From the NCBI GenBank assembly GCA_049510745.1, contig JBEKYR010000008.1, positions 32,001 through 96,000 of the forward strand: a stretch of 64,000 bases of DNA. Reading direction: 5' to 3'. The notes below the pieces were generated by a model. That model was not told where the DNA came from. It searched no databases and was given only the letters and a program-made list of their open reading frames with translations. Source of the stretch: Verrucomicrobiota bacterium. GTDB taxonomy: Bacteria > Verrucomicrobiota > Verrucomicrobiia > Limisphaerales > Palsa-1400. This document shows, one piece after another, positions 26,975-36,582 of the stretch (the first letter of the stretch is position 1; each line of letters opens with the position of its first letter). Made by a program: the position numbers and the translations under genes.

Positions 26975-29941
26975 ATGAACACCGACAGCAGAATCGACAT
27001 GCTAATGGGTGACCCCTTTATCGTTGCCCTTGCCTCGATTTCGCTGTGGCTGGCTGCCACCGGCGCGATCACCGCCGGCGCCGCGGAGCCCCCGTGGGAG
27101 GCACGCACCTACGACGTGCTGCCCGTCAGCGCGCGCGCCGAAACCGGCGATGAGGCGTCCAGCCGGCAGATGACGCTCGGCGGCCAGTGGGATCTGGCTG
27201 AGACCCAGGCGGAATCCGGGTCCGCCCTAGGAGACTTGGACAAGCTGAGTTGGACCCGCGTCGAAATGCCGGACGCCATCCAGCACGCCCTGTTTCTGGC
27301 CGGAAAGACGGACAACCCTTGGTATGGCGATAACTACAAAAAGCTCCAGTGGATCGCCGAGCGAAACTGGTACCTGCGCCGTCGCTTCCGCATCCCCGAT
27401 GCCTGGCAAGGCCGTCACATCCGGCTGCGTTTCGACGGGCTGAACTATGCCGGTGCCGTCTGGCTGGACGGCCGATTCCTCGGCGTTCACGAGGGCATGT
27501 TCGGCGGACCGACCCTGGATGTCACAGCCCTGTTGGGGCCGGGCCGAGAGCATGAGCTCGTTGTCCGCCTGATTGCCGAAAAGGACCCGAGCCGGTCCAT
27601 GAAGTCCAAGGCGATGGAAGGCGTGCCGTTTTTGTGGGGCAACAAGTTCCGCACAATCGGTCTCTATCAGCCCATTAGGCTGGTCAGTTCCGGAGCGGCC
27701 TATATGGAAGCGCCCTGCGTGCGCACCGACGCGATCGGAGAGAGGACGGCCCGCTTGTGGGCCCAGGCCACGATCATCCATAGCGGCGCCGCCCGGTTGG
27801 AGGGCACGATCCGGGCCCAAATCGTGGACCTCACGACCGGTCGAATCATTTGGAAGGAGGATGCCAGGCAATCCGTGCCTGCGGGCACGTCCTACTGGGA
27901 GCGGTCCATCGAAATCGGCGACCCGAAGCTCTGGTGGCCCGTCGGCCTGGGCGCTCAACCGCTCTACCGCTTGGAACTGGCGCTGGCCGTCGGAAACCAG
28001 GAATTGGACCGCATCGCTTCGCGATTCGGGATCCGGACCGTGGAGCTCCTGCGCAACCCCTATCTGGCGGACAAGCCGCGGGCCAATCCCGGCAAGCCGG
28101 ACTTCATGTCGGCCACGCCGAAGATTGGCGATCCGGCCAGCGCAAAGCTCTGGAACCGGCCGGACCTCTGGTGCGGCGATCACCCTGTGGAAGACGACGC
28201 CTTGCACAACGCCGATGAGTCGTACCGCTTCCTCTTCGCGGTGAACGGCCGGCCGTTTTTCATCAAAGGGGCGAGCTGGATGACCTCGGATGATCTGTTG
28301 GTGCTCTCGCCCCAGCGCGAGGACTGGCTGGTGCGCGCCGCGCGCTTCGCGGGGTTGAACCTCTTCCGCCTCAACGGGGGCAACAACATCTTCGAGACCG
28401 AGCGGTTCTACGATCTCTGCGATGAGAACGGCATCCTGGTGTGGCAGGAATTGCAGTTCAGCTTTGATCGGGGAAGCAAGGTCCCGCTGCGAACCTGGCG
28501 CGAACAGTTGAAGCAGTCCGTGCTGCGCCTCCGACAGCATCCGTCGCTGGCGCTCTATGTGGGCGGCAACGAGTACGCCCCCTACGTCGAGGCCTTGGCG
28601 CCCTACCTGGGAATCGCTCGCGAGATCATTGCCGCTTACGACAACCGGCCCTTCCGCATGTCCTCGCCGGGCGGCGGCGACTATCACGCCTACTACACGC
28701 CGGAGGGCGATTTCGGTGACTTGTGGATCGGCGATCCCAACTGGTATGCCCGCTACTTCGACGAGTCGGTCAACTTTGTCTCGGAATGGTCCCTCATGGG
28801 CTACGGCAATATGTCCATGATGAAACGCGTGTTCCCGCGCGAGGAGCTGGCAGGCGGGCCCGTCGGCAACGATTGTGCGAAGTTCGCACAGGCCCACCCT
28901 ATCCTGCACAGCAGCTTTCCGGAAGTGGAGCGGGCGCTGCCGCTGCTGTATTGCAAGGCCTCCATCTATGGGAACCTGGCCCGGGCGGACATGCCGGACT
29001 TCGTCGAATACAGCCAGATGGCTCTGGCCGACGTGTATGAATGCGTCTTCGAACAATGGCGCGCACAGTTCCCCTACAAGGGCGGGCAAATTGTCTGGAC
29101 CTACAACAGTCACGGCCCCATTTCTTCGTGGAATATCATTGACTGGTTCGGCCAGCCGCTGATTGCGTTCTATTCCACCAAGCGCGCGGATGAACCGGTC
29201 CACGTCATGGCGGACGCCGGCTTCTTTACCTGGGGTCCCGGTGATACGTTCAAGCCCTCGGTCTTCGCCCTGAACGACGCCCCGGAGCCGCTCAAAGGGG
29301 CGCGGGTCACGGCCCGCATCCTCGACCGCCGCATGCAGCCCGTCCTCACGGAATCATGGAGGCTGACCGTGCCTGCGGGCGGTCGCCACAGCGAGGCGCG
29401 CCAACTGCAATGGCCCATTCCCGCGGATACTCCGGATGGCTGCTTCTTCTTGGAGCTGACCTTGAAGGACGCGGCAGGACACCAACTTTCACGCCGAGCC
29501 TACTGGCTGAGGGTCGTCCAGTCGCTGGCCAACGCCCAAGCGCGGATGCGCTGGCAGGCCGGGGCCGTGAAGGAACCGCTGGCCACGCAGGGGCCTTGGC
29601 TGAAGCCCCAGTTGGAAGGCGTCCCCACAACCCTCTCGGCGGAAGTGACGTCTCTCGAAGCGTTCGCAACGGAGGCCCGTTTGACCTTGGTCGTGAAGAA
29701 CGCGGGGACGGCACCGGCTTATCCGGTGCGGATTGCGCTGCTTCCTGACTCCTGTTCCGCCGTGTGGAGCGACAACTACTTCTGGCTCGCGCCGGACGAG
29801 ACCAGGACGGTTACAGGCATTGTGCGGCTGGACATGCGCGGCTTGGATCCCCTCAGCCCTGCACTGGTCGCCAAGGTTTCGGACCTAAAAGTCGAGGTGT
29901 CCGCGTGGAACTCGAAACGCTTCGTCCTGACGCCGAAATGA
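26975..29941 (+). CDS. glycoside hydrolase family 2 (beta-mannosidase-like), secreted
   Basis: LRFDGLNY, WLDGRFLGVHEGMF, LWWPVGLGAQPLY, VNGRPFFIKG, CDENGILVWQE, VGGNE, FVSEW. Confidence 0.88.
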   Translation: MNTDSRIDMLMGDPFIVALASISLWLAATGAITAGAAEPPWEARTYDVLPVSARAETGDEASSRQMTLGGQWDLAETQAESGSALGDLDKLSWTRVEMPDAIQHALFLAGKTDNPWYGDNYKKLQWIAERNWYLRRRFRIPDAWQGRHIRLRFDGLNYAGAVWLDGRFLGVHEGMFGGPTLDVTALLGPGREHELVVRLIAEKDPSRSMKSKAMEGVPFLWGNKFRTIGLYQPIRLVSSGAAYMEAPCVRTDAIGERTARLWAQATIIHSGAARLEGTIRAQIVDLTTGRIIWKEDARQSVPAGTSYWERSIEIGDPKLWWPVGLGAQPLYRLELALAVGNQELDRIASRFGIRTVELLRNPYLADKPRANPGKPDFMSATPKIGDPASAKLWNRPDLWCGDHPVEDDALHNADESYRFLFAVNGRPFFIKGASWMTSDDLLVLSPQREDWLVRAARFAGLNLFRLNGGNNIFETERFYDLCDENGILVWQELQFSFDRGSKVPLRTWREQLKQSVLRLRQHPSLALYVGGNEYAPYVEALAPYLGIAREIIAAYDNRPFRMSSPGGGDYHAYYTPEGDFGDLWIGDPNWYARYFDESVNFVSEWSLMGYGNMSMMKRVFPREELAGGPVGNDCAKFAQAHPILHSSFPEVERALPLLYCKASIYGNLARADMPDFVEYSQMALADVYECVFEQWRAQFPYKGGQIVWTYNSHGPISSWNIIDWFGQPLIAFYSTKRADEPVHVMADAGFFTWGPGDTFKPSVFALNDAPEPLKGARVTARILDRRMQPVLTESWRLTVPAGGRHSEARQLQWPIPADTPDGCFFLELTLKDAAGHQLSRRAYWLRVVQSLANAQARMRWQAGAVKEPLATQGPWLKPQLEGVPTTLSAEVTSLEAFATEARLTLVVKNAGTAPAYPVRIALLPDSCSAVWSDNYFWLAPDETRTVTGIVRLDMRGLDPLSPALVAKVSDLKVEVSAWNSKRFVLTPK

Positions 29942-30143
29942 ACACGAGCCCGAAAGCTTTGCCTGCGATATCCGGGCGCGGTTTATCACCCGATGAGCCG
30001 CGGCGACCACCGGGAGCCGGTCTTCCTGGAGGAGTCCGACCGGCCAATGTTTCTCTCCACCCTGGGCGAGGCCTGCGCCAAGACCGACTGGCAGGTCCAC
30101 GCCTGCTGCCTGATGAACAACCACTTTCATCTGGTCGTCGAAA
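29940..30143 (+). mobile_element. RAYT 5' fragment, copy 2 (longest, includes HUH motif, start codon lost)
   Basis: RKLCLRYPGAVYHPMSRGDHREPVF...FLSTLGEACAKTDWQVHACCLMNNHFHLVVE; begins at the GH2 stop codon. Confidence 0.85.
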
Positions 30144-30410
30144 AGTGGTGGAAAGTGGCGTCACATCCAAACATTCTGCATTTCAAGTTCTTTTTGACGC
30201 CGCTTGAGCGCCGCGGATAACGCCGGGCTTTTTCGCACTCGCGCCGTCTCCCCGAAATCGCTAAACACTTGCCCCAACTGCGCACCCTTGGCCATTGGTC
30301 CATCCCCTTTCCTTCCCCACTCACTGACTCACTAATTCTTCCACTCACTGATTCGCTTGCAGCTCCGCACCCCTGGCCCTCGGTCCATCCACCTCCTTCG
30401 TTCCCCATCT

Positions 30411-30468
30411 GTGAAAATCTGTGTCCATCTGTGGCCCGCACCCTTGGCCAATTTTTCTCTTTTTTTTC
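30411..30468. repeat. 58-bp direct repeat, module B copy 1 (identical to 36949-37006)
   Basis: gtgaaaatctgtgtccatctgtggcccgcacccttggccaatttttctcttttttttc. Confidence 0.92.
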
Positions 30469-30517
30469 ACCTGAAAATACCAAAAGCGGCCAAAAGCATT
30501 GTTTGACCTCTTTGAAC

Positions 30518-32227
30518 TCATTCTTTTGTCCCATGAAGCGCGGCTTCCACTTTTTCCTCAATGGGCAGGGCGGCGGGATGTCCGGCCACGACGATCTTGC
30601 CTTGAGCGTCAATAAGGTAGGTCGTCGGCACGCCCGATACGCGGAAAGCCTTCGCGGGCGCGCTGCCCCAGCCGCCGTCGCCGGCCCAGACGTTGAAGGT
30701 GTTGGTCCAGCCCCGCTTGTTCACGTGGTGGCGCACGATGTCCAGCGTGTCGTCAATGCTCAATGGAACAACCGCGACCTTGTCCCCCCAGTCCGAATGA
30801 GCCTGCCGCAGTTTTTGCAGATCCGCCATCGGACCTTGGCAAGGACCGCACCAGGTGGCCCAAAAGTCCAGCACGACCACTTTGCCGCGCAGATCGGAGA
30901 GCTTCATTTTCTTTTCGCCGTCCAGCGTGGTGAATTCGATTTCCGGCACGGCGGCTCCGGGAGGCAAGGTATCATGTTCGGCGATATAATTCTCAACCTC
31001 CATCGCCGCGGCAGCCTTCTCGTCAAGGACACCGGCGGGAACTTGATTCCAACTCACATTTCCCACTGCCTTCCAGTCGTCTGTGAACCTCATCACCTGT
31101 TTGACGGCCAGAATGTAATCGCCCGACAATGAAGTTCCCGTCCTGGACTTTGCGCCCGTTTTCACCGCCAGCTTCAATTTAAACTGTTCACCTATCAGTC
31201 CTTCCACCGAGCCGGAAGCGCCTGTCAACTGAAGCCGGCCAATTGAGGCTTCCTGGATCTGGATTTGCGCGTCCTTAAAATCAATTCCCGCCGCCTCGCT
31301 TTGATTGAGCATGGCCCGGGCTATTTCGGTTTGTTCCTGCGTCCGTCGGTTGATCTCCTCGTCCAATTCCTTCCGGGAAGGTCCTTTCTCGCCGCGCTTC
31401 TGCATCATGGCCCAATACAGGTCGCTGTTCGCCAGAGCTTCCTTGGCGTAAATGTTCGTGTCCCGCTCTCGAATAAATCGAACCAGCGTCTGGCCCAGCC
31501 GCAACAGCGCCGGGTCATCCTTATCGGTCAGGCGGCTAAGACCTGGACTGGCGGCCTTTTCCAGGATCGCCATTTCGCGCGCTGTTTTTTCGTCGCCCAC
31601 GTTGGACGGAAACGATACCCACTGAATGCCGCCCGCGCAACGCCAGCCCTTCGGAAATTTATTCAGCCGGCGGAGCACGATCTTGTATTCACCGCCGGCC
31701 TGATTGTTCGTGCCCGCGTCGGGATTCAAAATGATTTCCACCTTTTGCGCATGGGGCAGGCTTTCGCCCTCGGCTTGGAGATTGGGATAATGGGCGGTTC
31801 CAAGAAATCTCGGATTGACCACACGCTCATGCAAATCGCCCTTCGAAAAATCCAGATGCAGCGAATCCGCCCGGGCCAGGAACGCCTTGGCCGCCGCCTC
31901 CGTCTCCGCGCGTTGACTGTCTGCCCCGTTGGCAAAACCCTTCAGATTCTCGGCGATCTCGGGCAAATTGGTGGAGGCAATCGCCTCCCAATCCTCCGCA
32001 GAGGCCGTGATTTCTCTGGCAAACCGCGCCGCGTCACGACTCCGGAGCAGCGCGACAACAGAACGGCTCACCGCCCCAAACTCGTCCTCGGCGGGCTTGA
32101 CTGCCTTCGGCGCCAAAGGAGTCGAACTCCCCGCCGGTGTTTGCGGCGCAAACAGACCAAGAGAAACGACAGCCAGACCAAGCGAAAGCCGAAGCTGAAG
32201 GCCGTGGCGAAACTTTTGCGGATTCAT
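30518..32227 (-). CDS. secreted protein with C-terminal TlpA-like thioredoxin domain
   Basis: signal peptide; LSDLRGKVVVLDFWATWCGPC, VPTTYLIDAQGKI; about 400 aa unrecognised N-terminal region. Confidence 0.88.
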   Translation of the reverse strand: MNPQKFRHGLQLRLSLGLAVVSLGLFAPQTPAGSSTPLAPKAVKPAEDEFGAVSRSVVALLRSRDAARFAREITASAEDWEAIASTNLPEIAENLKGFANGADSQRAETEAAAKAFLARADSLHLDFSKGDLHERVVNPRFLGTAHYPNLQAEGESLPHAQKVEIILNPDAGTNNQAGGEYKIVLRRLNKFPKGWRCAGGIQWVSFPSNVGDEKTAREMAILEKAASPGLSRLTDKDDPALLRLGQTLVRFIRERDTNIYAKEALANSDLYWAMMQKRGEKGPSRKELDEEINRRTQEQTEIARAMLNQSEAAGIDFKDAQIQIQEASIGRLQLTGASGSVEGLIGEQFKLKLAVKTGAKSRTGTSLSGDYILAVKQVMRFTDDWKAVGNVSWNQVPAGVLDEKAAAAMEVENYIAEHDTLPPGAAVPEIEFTTLDGEKKMKLSDLRGKVVVLDFWATWCGPCQGPMADLQKLRQAHSDWGDKVAVVPLSIDDTLDIVRHHVNKRGWTNTFNVWAGDGGWGSAPAKAFRVSGVPTTYLIDAQGKIVVAGHPAALPIEEKVEAALHGTKE

Positions 32228-32313
32228 AGAATCCCTCCTATAGCAGACAGCATCCTGACGCAAGGGAAATCCCGGCGTCGAACCCTTTGACCTCATTTAT
32301 CTCGTTCGAACAG

Positions 32314-32347
32314 AAAAAATGAAATTTCGTTGACGAGGCCGCCTTCC
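32314..32347. repeat. 34-bp direct repeat, module D copy 1 (identical to 37980-38013)
   Basis: aaaaaatgaaatttcgttgacgaggccgccttcc. Confidence 0.92.
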
Positions 32348-32391
32348 TTGCCCCACTCACTGATTCACTGACTCACTCATTCTTAAATTCC

Positions 32392-32566
32392 CTTTTTTTT
32401 CCTTCCGTAGGTTTTTCGCCTTGACGCCCCTGTGTTGTAATCGGGCCAGGATGACTACAAGCCATCTCATACAGGGGCATCGAGGGAGCGGCCGGAGAAC
32501 TGAGCCGGCCAACAGGCGCAAGCCGGGCCTGTTTGCCGTAGCTCGGTCCCGCCGGGCGAAGGCGGA
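32392..32566 (+). repeat. about 175-bp leader, module C copy 1 (paralogue at 36997-37180)
   Basis: ttccttccgtaggtttttcgccttgacgcccctgtg.tgtaatcgggccaggatgac.acaagccatctcat...cccgccgggcgaaggc shared by both copies. Confidence 0.9.
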
Positions 32567-34064
32567 TGCCTGTGAAAACCCACAATTTCAACTCCGCCAA
32601 CAGCTTCTCGGATACCAGAAAGATTGGGTTGACGACCTCTCCCGCTTCAAATTCGGCCTCATGGCCCGCCAAACCGGCAAGGACTTCTCCGCCGCCTACG
32701 AAGGCGTCTTTGACTGCCTCCTCCACGACGCCAAGGGCCAAAAAACAGACTGGCTTATCGCCGCCCCCTCCGAGCGCCAATCCCTCGAATCCCTCGAAAA
32801 ATGGAAAACTTGGGCGGCCACCTTCAAATCCGCCATCGCCAACTACGAAGAGGAGCGATCCGGCGCCGGAGAAAGCCTCTTATTATCCGCCGCCATCACC
32901 TTTCCCCACGGCAGCCGCGTCATCGCCGTCCCCGGAAAACCCGAAACCGTCCGCGGCTTCAGCGCCAACGTCTTACTCACCGAGTTCGCCTTCTTCGAGG
33001 ACCCCGACGCCACCTGGCGCGCCATCGCCCCCAGCATCACCAACCCGCTCCGTGGCGGCGAAAAAAAAGTCAGAATCATCACCACTCCCAACGGCATCGG
33101 CAACAGAGCTTACGACCTCTGGATTAAAAACTATAAGCCAATCAGTGAAGGGAGAATCAGTGAATCAGAGAATGCCCGGCAACTGACTTCCCAATTCACT
33201 GATTCACTGATTCAAACTTCAAAATTGTCTCCGATCTGGTCCTGCCACCTCATTGACATAGAAACCGCCAAAGCTCACGGCCTTCCCGTCGATCTGGACC
33301 AACTCCGCGCCGCCCTCGACGACCCGGACGGCTGGCCCCAGGAATTTGAATGCCAGTTCATCGACGTTCAAACCGTCCTCCTCACCTACGAAACCATCGC
33401 CAGTTGCGAAAGCACGGAGGCTACCAACACCGTCCCGCCCGATTTCTGGTTCGCCAACCGCCACGCCGCCCCACCCCTCGTCATGGGCATCGATTTTGGC
33501 CGCCGCCGCGACCTCACCGTCGCCTGGACCAACCAGCGGCTTGGCGACGTTCAGCAAACCGTCGAAGTCCTCGAACTCGATAATATGTCCACTCCCCTCC
33601 AGGTCGAAATCCTCCGCACCAGAATCAGAAACGTCCACCGAGTCTGTCTCGACTACACCGGCGCAGGCGTCGGCCTTGGCGATTATCTCGCCGGGGAATT
33701 CGGCGAGTGGAACCCCGCCCGGCACAAATTCGGCAAAATCGAGCTTTGCGTCTTCACCCAGCCATTCAAAGTCGAAATCTTTTCAAAACTCCGCATGGCC
33801 TTTGACCAGCGCCTGCTCCGCATCCCCATCTGCCGCGCCATCCGCGAAGACCTCCACACCGTCAACCGCGTCACCAGCCCTAGCGGCCATATCACCTACC
33901 GCGCTACGCACAGTCCGGACGGCCACGCCGACAGATGCACCGCCCTCGCCCTCGCCTGGCGCGCACATCCGGCAACCACCGTCATCGCAGCGTGCGCCGG
34001 CATCCGCCGCCTGCCACCCCACCCCGGAAACCTCTGCCTCGGAAAAGCCGACTACATCCTCTGA
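32451..34064 (+). CDS. Mu gp28-like phage terminase large subunit (orphan)
   Basis: LLGYQKDW, Walker A ARQTGKD, PSERQS, RGFSANVLLTEFAF, ITTPNG, QEFECQF, nuclease MGIDFGRRRD, LDYTGAG, HADRCTALALA; start uncertain. Confidence 0.88.
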   Translation: MTTSHLIQGHRGSGRRTEPANRRKPGLFAVARSRRAKADACENPQFQLRQQLLGYQKDWVDDLSRFKFGLMARQTGKDFSAAYEGVFDCLLHDAKGQKTDWLIAAPSERQSLESLEKWKTWAATFKSAIANYEEERSGAGESLLLSAAITFPHGSRVIAVPGKPETVRGFSANVLLTEFAFFEDPDATWRAIAPSITNPLRGGEKKVRIITTPNGIGNRAYDLWIKNYKPISEGRISESENARQLTSQFTDSLIQTSKLSPIWSCHLIDIETAKAHGLPVDLDQLRAALDDPDGWPQEFECQFIDVQTVLLTYETIASCESTEATNTVPPDFWFANRHAAPPLVMGIDFGRRRDLTVAWTNQRLGDVQQTVEVLELDNMSTPLQVEILRTRIRNVHRVCLDYTGAGVGLGDYLAGEFGEWNPARHKFGKIELCVFTQPFKVEIFSKLRMAFDQRLLRIPICRAIREDLHTVNRVTSPSGHITYRATHSPDGHADRCTALALAWRAHPATTVIAACAGIRRLPPHPGNLCLGKADYIL

Positions 34065-34068
34065 ATGA

Positions 34069-34179
34069 AAACCGCAGTCTGGTTCAGCAGAGTGTGCGTC
34101 CGTGTTTGTCCGTGCCCATCCTTTCCGTCCTTTTCGTCCTTTTCGTCCCATTTGTCCCATCGCCGTGACCGCCTGGTAC
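34069..34179. repeat. module E copy 1 (paralogue 36766-36877) with 9-10 nt GTCC tandem units
   Basis: aaaccgc...tcagcagagtgt...gtttgtccgtg...ttcgtccc...atcgccgtg.ccg.ctggtac present in both copies. Confidence 0.85.
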
Positions 34180-34283
34180 CCCAGCCCATCGCTCCAAAAA
34201 ACACGCCCACTTCATCCTTCATCCTTCATCCTTTCCCCCATTCATTGCCCCCCAAAATCCCAAGAACCGTCGCAGTACATCCC

Positions 34284-34333
34284 GGGGAGCGCGCGCGCCC
34301 TCGCGTGCAGCGGTCGGCGCCCCCGCCGACCGC
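34284..34333 (+). repeat. REP-like palindrome
   Basis: ggggagcgcgcgcgccctcgc plus perfect 10-bp stem gcggtcggcg/cgccgaccgc; related copy on the minus strand at 55674-55716. Confidence 0.65.
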
Positions 34334-34401
34334 TTCTTCGCTCATAGGCCATCGCTCGGCGGTAAGACCGCGTACGAGAGAGTTGGGCGCCCCATTCTGG
34401 G

Positions 34402-34516
34402 TTGACAGGGGGCGCCGCAGGGGGCATTGTCCGAACATGGCGCGAAAGCTTCGCCTGCAATATCCGGGCGCGATTTATCACCCGATGAGCCGCGGCGACC
34501 ACCAGGAGCCGGTCTT
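34402..34516 (+). mobile_element. RAYT 5' fragment, copy 3, with promoter
   Basis: TTGACA-17-CATTGT-6-ATG 34437, MARKLRLQYPGAIYHPMSRGDHQEPVF. Confidence 0.85.
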
Positions 34517-34596
34517 TTCCGGCGGTTGCGGCGGGAAACGATGATGCCGCTCAAATCAAGTTCAATACTTGTTGCTGGAGAACCCTAAGAAACATC

Positions 34597-35979
34597 ATGC
34601 AACCGGTTCGCAAAACAAAAACGCATTTTGGGATTCCTTACGTTTGGACTCCTGCTGATAAGTCCGCTCAAGCGGCGCTTGAAAAGCAGCGAGGATCAGC
34701 TAGCACGGCTTGGGATGATTATTTGGGGGATCACCAGCAGAATGACTATTTTGGCGACTTGCTAGCCGCTGGAGTTATTAATGGGAAACAGAAGTGGTCT
34801 CAGCGTCCAGAAGAACCTGAACAACGCTTGGCTTTGCTTCAAGCCGACGAACGGCTGTTCCGAAATTGCCAGTTGCGCCTTGATTCGTCTTTGCAGGACG
34901 GACTCTTGCGACTGATTCCAAACGGAATATCCAAACGCGGTGGTTTTCTCTACTACACAGATCGTTTGGATCGGTGCATAGTCTACGACTATCGTATCCC
35001 GCATCATTCACAAAGAGCAGCAAAGGTCATTTCTCTTGTGGACATTCCAGAGCCGGAGTTTCTTTACGATATTGCGACCGCGATTCCCAATGCAGACGAT
35101 GACGTGCGATCTGCGTTGAAAAATGCGCTTGTATATGGGCACAAAATCGTCGTGCATCGTAACACTTTTGTACACGTAGATCGTCGGCGAGACGAGGGAA
35201 CTGCCGGGCCATTTATCGACACACTTATTTTGAACGAGATGCTTCACAAATATGTTTATGAGCATTTTCAAGATTTTGCTGTCGAACGACAGTTTGAAAA
35301 GGCGATGGAGGTCGGAACGGGCAGCGGGATGCTCATTGCCGCGTGCTTCCAAAACCTTCCAGGCATTCGAAGAGTCGTTGCTTTGGACACGGTAATGGAA
35401 TCAGTTCATTGTGCCTACAGGAATGTTCTTGCCAACCATCCTGCATACGGAAAGCTCAGACCAAGCGAGTATTTTGTCTGCGGAAGATTTGATACTGACA
35501 CTTGGCACAAGTACGATGTGGTGTTGTGCAATCCGCCGTATATTCCTCTGAAACCTGGAGCAGAATTAAGCCCGAATGCTACAAGTGCTGTTGGAGGCAC
35601 AGATTTGATGAGTAGCGTTATTTCTGATGCCCCGCTACTCTTGAGTGACCGCGGTTTTCTGTTCATGATTTTTAGCTCGCTCGCGGATTCTGAATTCAAC
35701 CAAGCAATCAACAAAGCCGGCGTGGAATACGCGAACCTTGGACCGCCAACTGGATTCGAGGTGAGATTCGAGGTCGAGGAGGTTTTTGGGGATGGAGACT
35801 GGTTAAACTTTTTAGTTAACGAACGTGGCCTTGTGCATAAGAAGGGGCAATTTCTTCATACCCTTCGATGTGTAGCCATTCATAAGAGCAAAGAACAAGA
35901 ATTCGCCGACGACACCGCCTTATTGGAACGTATGAAACAACTGAACCAAACCTTCGCGGCGATAACGGATGCTAATTGA
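34597..35979 (+). CDS. AT-rich amino-methyltransferase (NPPY class) with unknown N-terminal domain
   Basis: MEVGTGSG SAM motif I, VVLCNPPY motif IV; visibly lower GC than the flanks. Confidence 0.85.
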   Translation: MQPVRKTKTHFGIPYVWTPADKSAQAALEKQRGSASTAWDDYLGDHQQNDYFGDLLAAGVINGKQKWSQRPEEPEQRLALLQADERLFRNCQLRLDSSLQDGLLRLIPNGISKRGGFLYYTDRLDRCIVYDYRIPHHSQRAAKVISLVDIPEPEFLYDIATAIPNADDDVRSALKNALVYGHKIVVHRNTFVHVDRRRDEGTAGPFIDTLILNEMLHKYVYEHFQDFAVERQFEKAMEVGTGSGMLIAACFQNLPGIRRVVALDTVMESVHCAYRNVLANHPAYGKLRPSEYFVCGRFDTDTWHKYDVVLCNPPYIPLKPGAELSPNATSAVGGTDLMSSVISDAPLLLSDRGFLFMIFSSLADSEFNQAINKAGVEYANLGPPTGFEVRFEVEEVFGDGDWLNFLVNERGLVHKKGQFLHTLRCVAIHKSKEQEFADDTALLERMKQLNQTFAAITDAN

Positions 35980-36505
35980 TATGAAAGATACAGTAATGTT
36001 GTGTTTTCGAGATCTTATCACAGCGCCTGGAGATTCTATCGCGCAACATAAGAGATTGATCGACGATTACGGGTATTGTTGGTGGGGATGGTGGATGAAG
36101 CCCATTGAGGACGTTCCTAATGAGCTGCTTCTCAAAATCGTTCGCACAAATTCAAACCATGGCAGTGATATATTCTTATACGATTGCGGCCAATATGGTT
36201 TATACCGTGCTACGCTCACCGATGTGGCAATTTCACCAACGAATGTGGGCATGTCTTCCCCCGGAATTGAGCAGACGCCGGAATATTATGTTCACGTCAA
36301 ATGTCGCGCTTGGTTCAAGCTTGAGGGAATAGATCTAGTGCCAGAAAGCGATGCGAAGCTACACCTCATAAAGTATGTAGATTTTCCAAGCTGGCGGCTT
36401 GAGGAGACTCACGACCATTTCAAGGGAAAGAATATCAGCAACTTTCAAGAACTCGACCAAATGGCGGTAACGCTTTGGCATATTGAACTTCCTGAAAATT
36501 TGTGA
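35969..36505 (+). CDS. AT-rich hypothetical protein with FRDL...WWGWW motif
   Basis: coupled to the methyltransferase; LCFRDL, QHKRLIDDYGYCWWGWWMKP, PEYY...AWFKL; start may be 35981. Confidence 0.8.
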   Translation: MLIDMKDTVMLCFRDLITAPGDSIAQHKRLIDDYGYCWWGWWMKPIEDVPNELLLKIVRTNSNHGSDIFLYDCGQYGLYRATLTDVAISPTNVGMSSPGIEQTPEYYVHVKCRAWFKLEGIDLVPESDAKLHLIKYVDFPSWRLEETHDHFKGKNISNFQELDQMAVTLWHIELPENL

Positions 36506-36582
36506 TTGCGTCTCCCGCGGCCGTGATTGAGTGAATGAAGGGGTCATGAAGGGGTCAGTTCCTAGCAATGCCGCATTGTGAG

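Noticed and set aside
27227..29203. 658-aa minus-strand ORF
   Set aside because: Antisense to the well-supported GH2 gene
32421..32452. Canonical sigma70 promoter in module C
   Set aside because: TTGACG is present but no convincing -10 lies at 16-18 nt spacing
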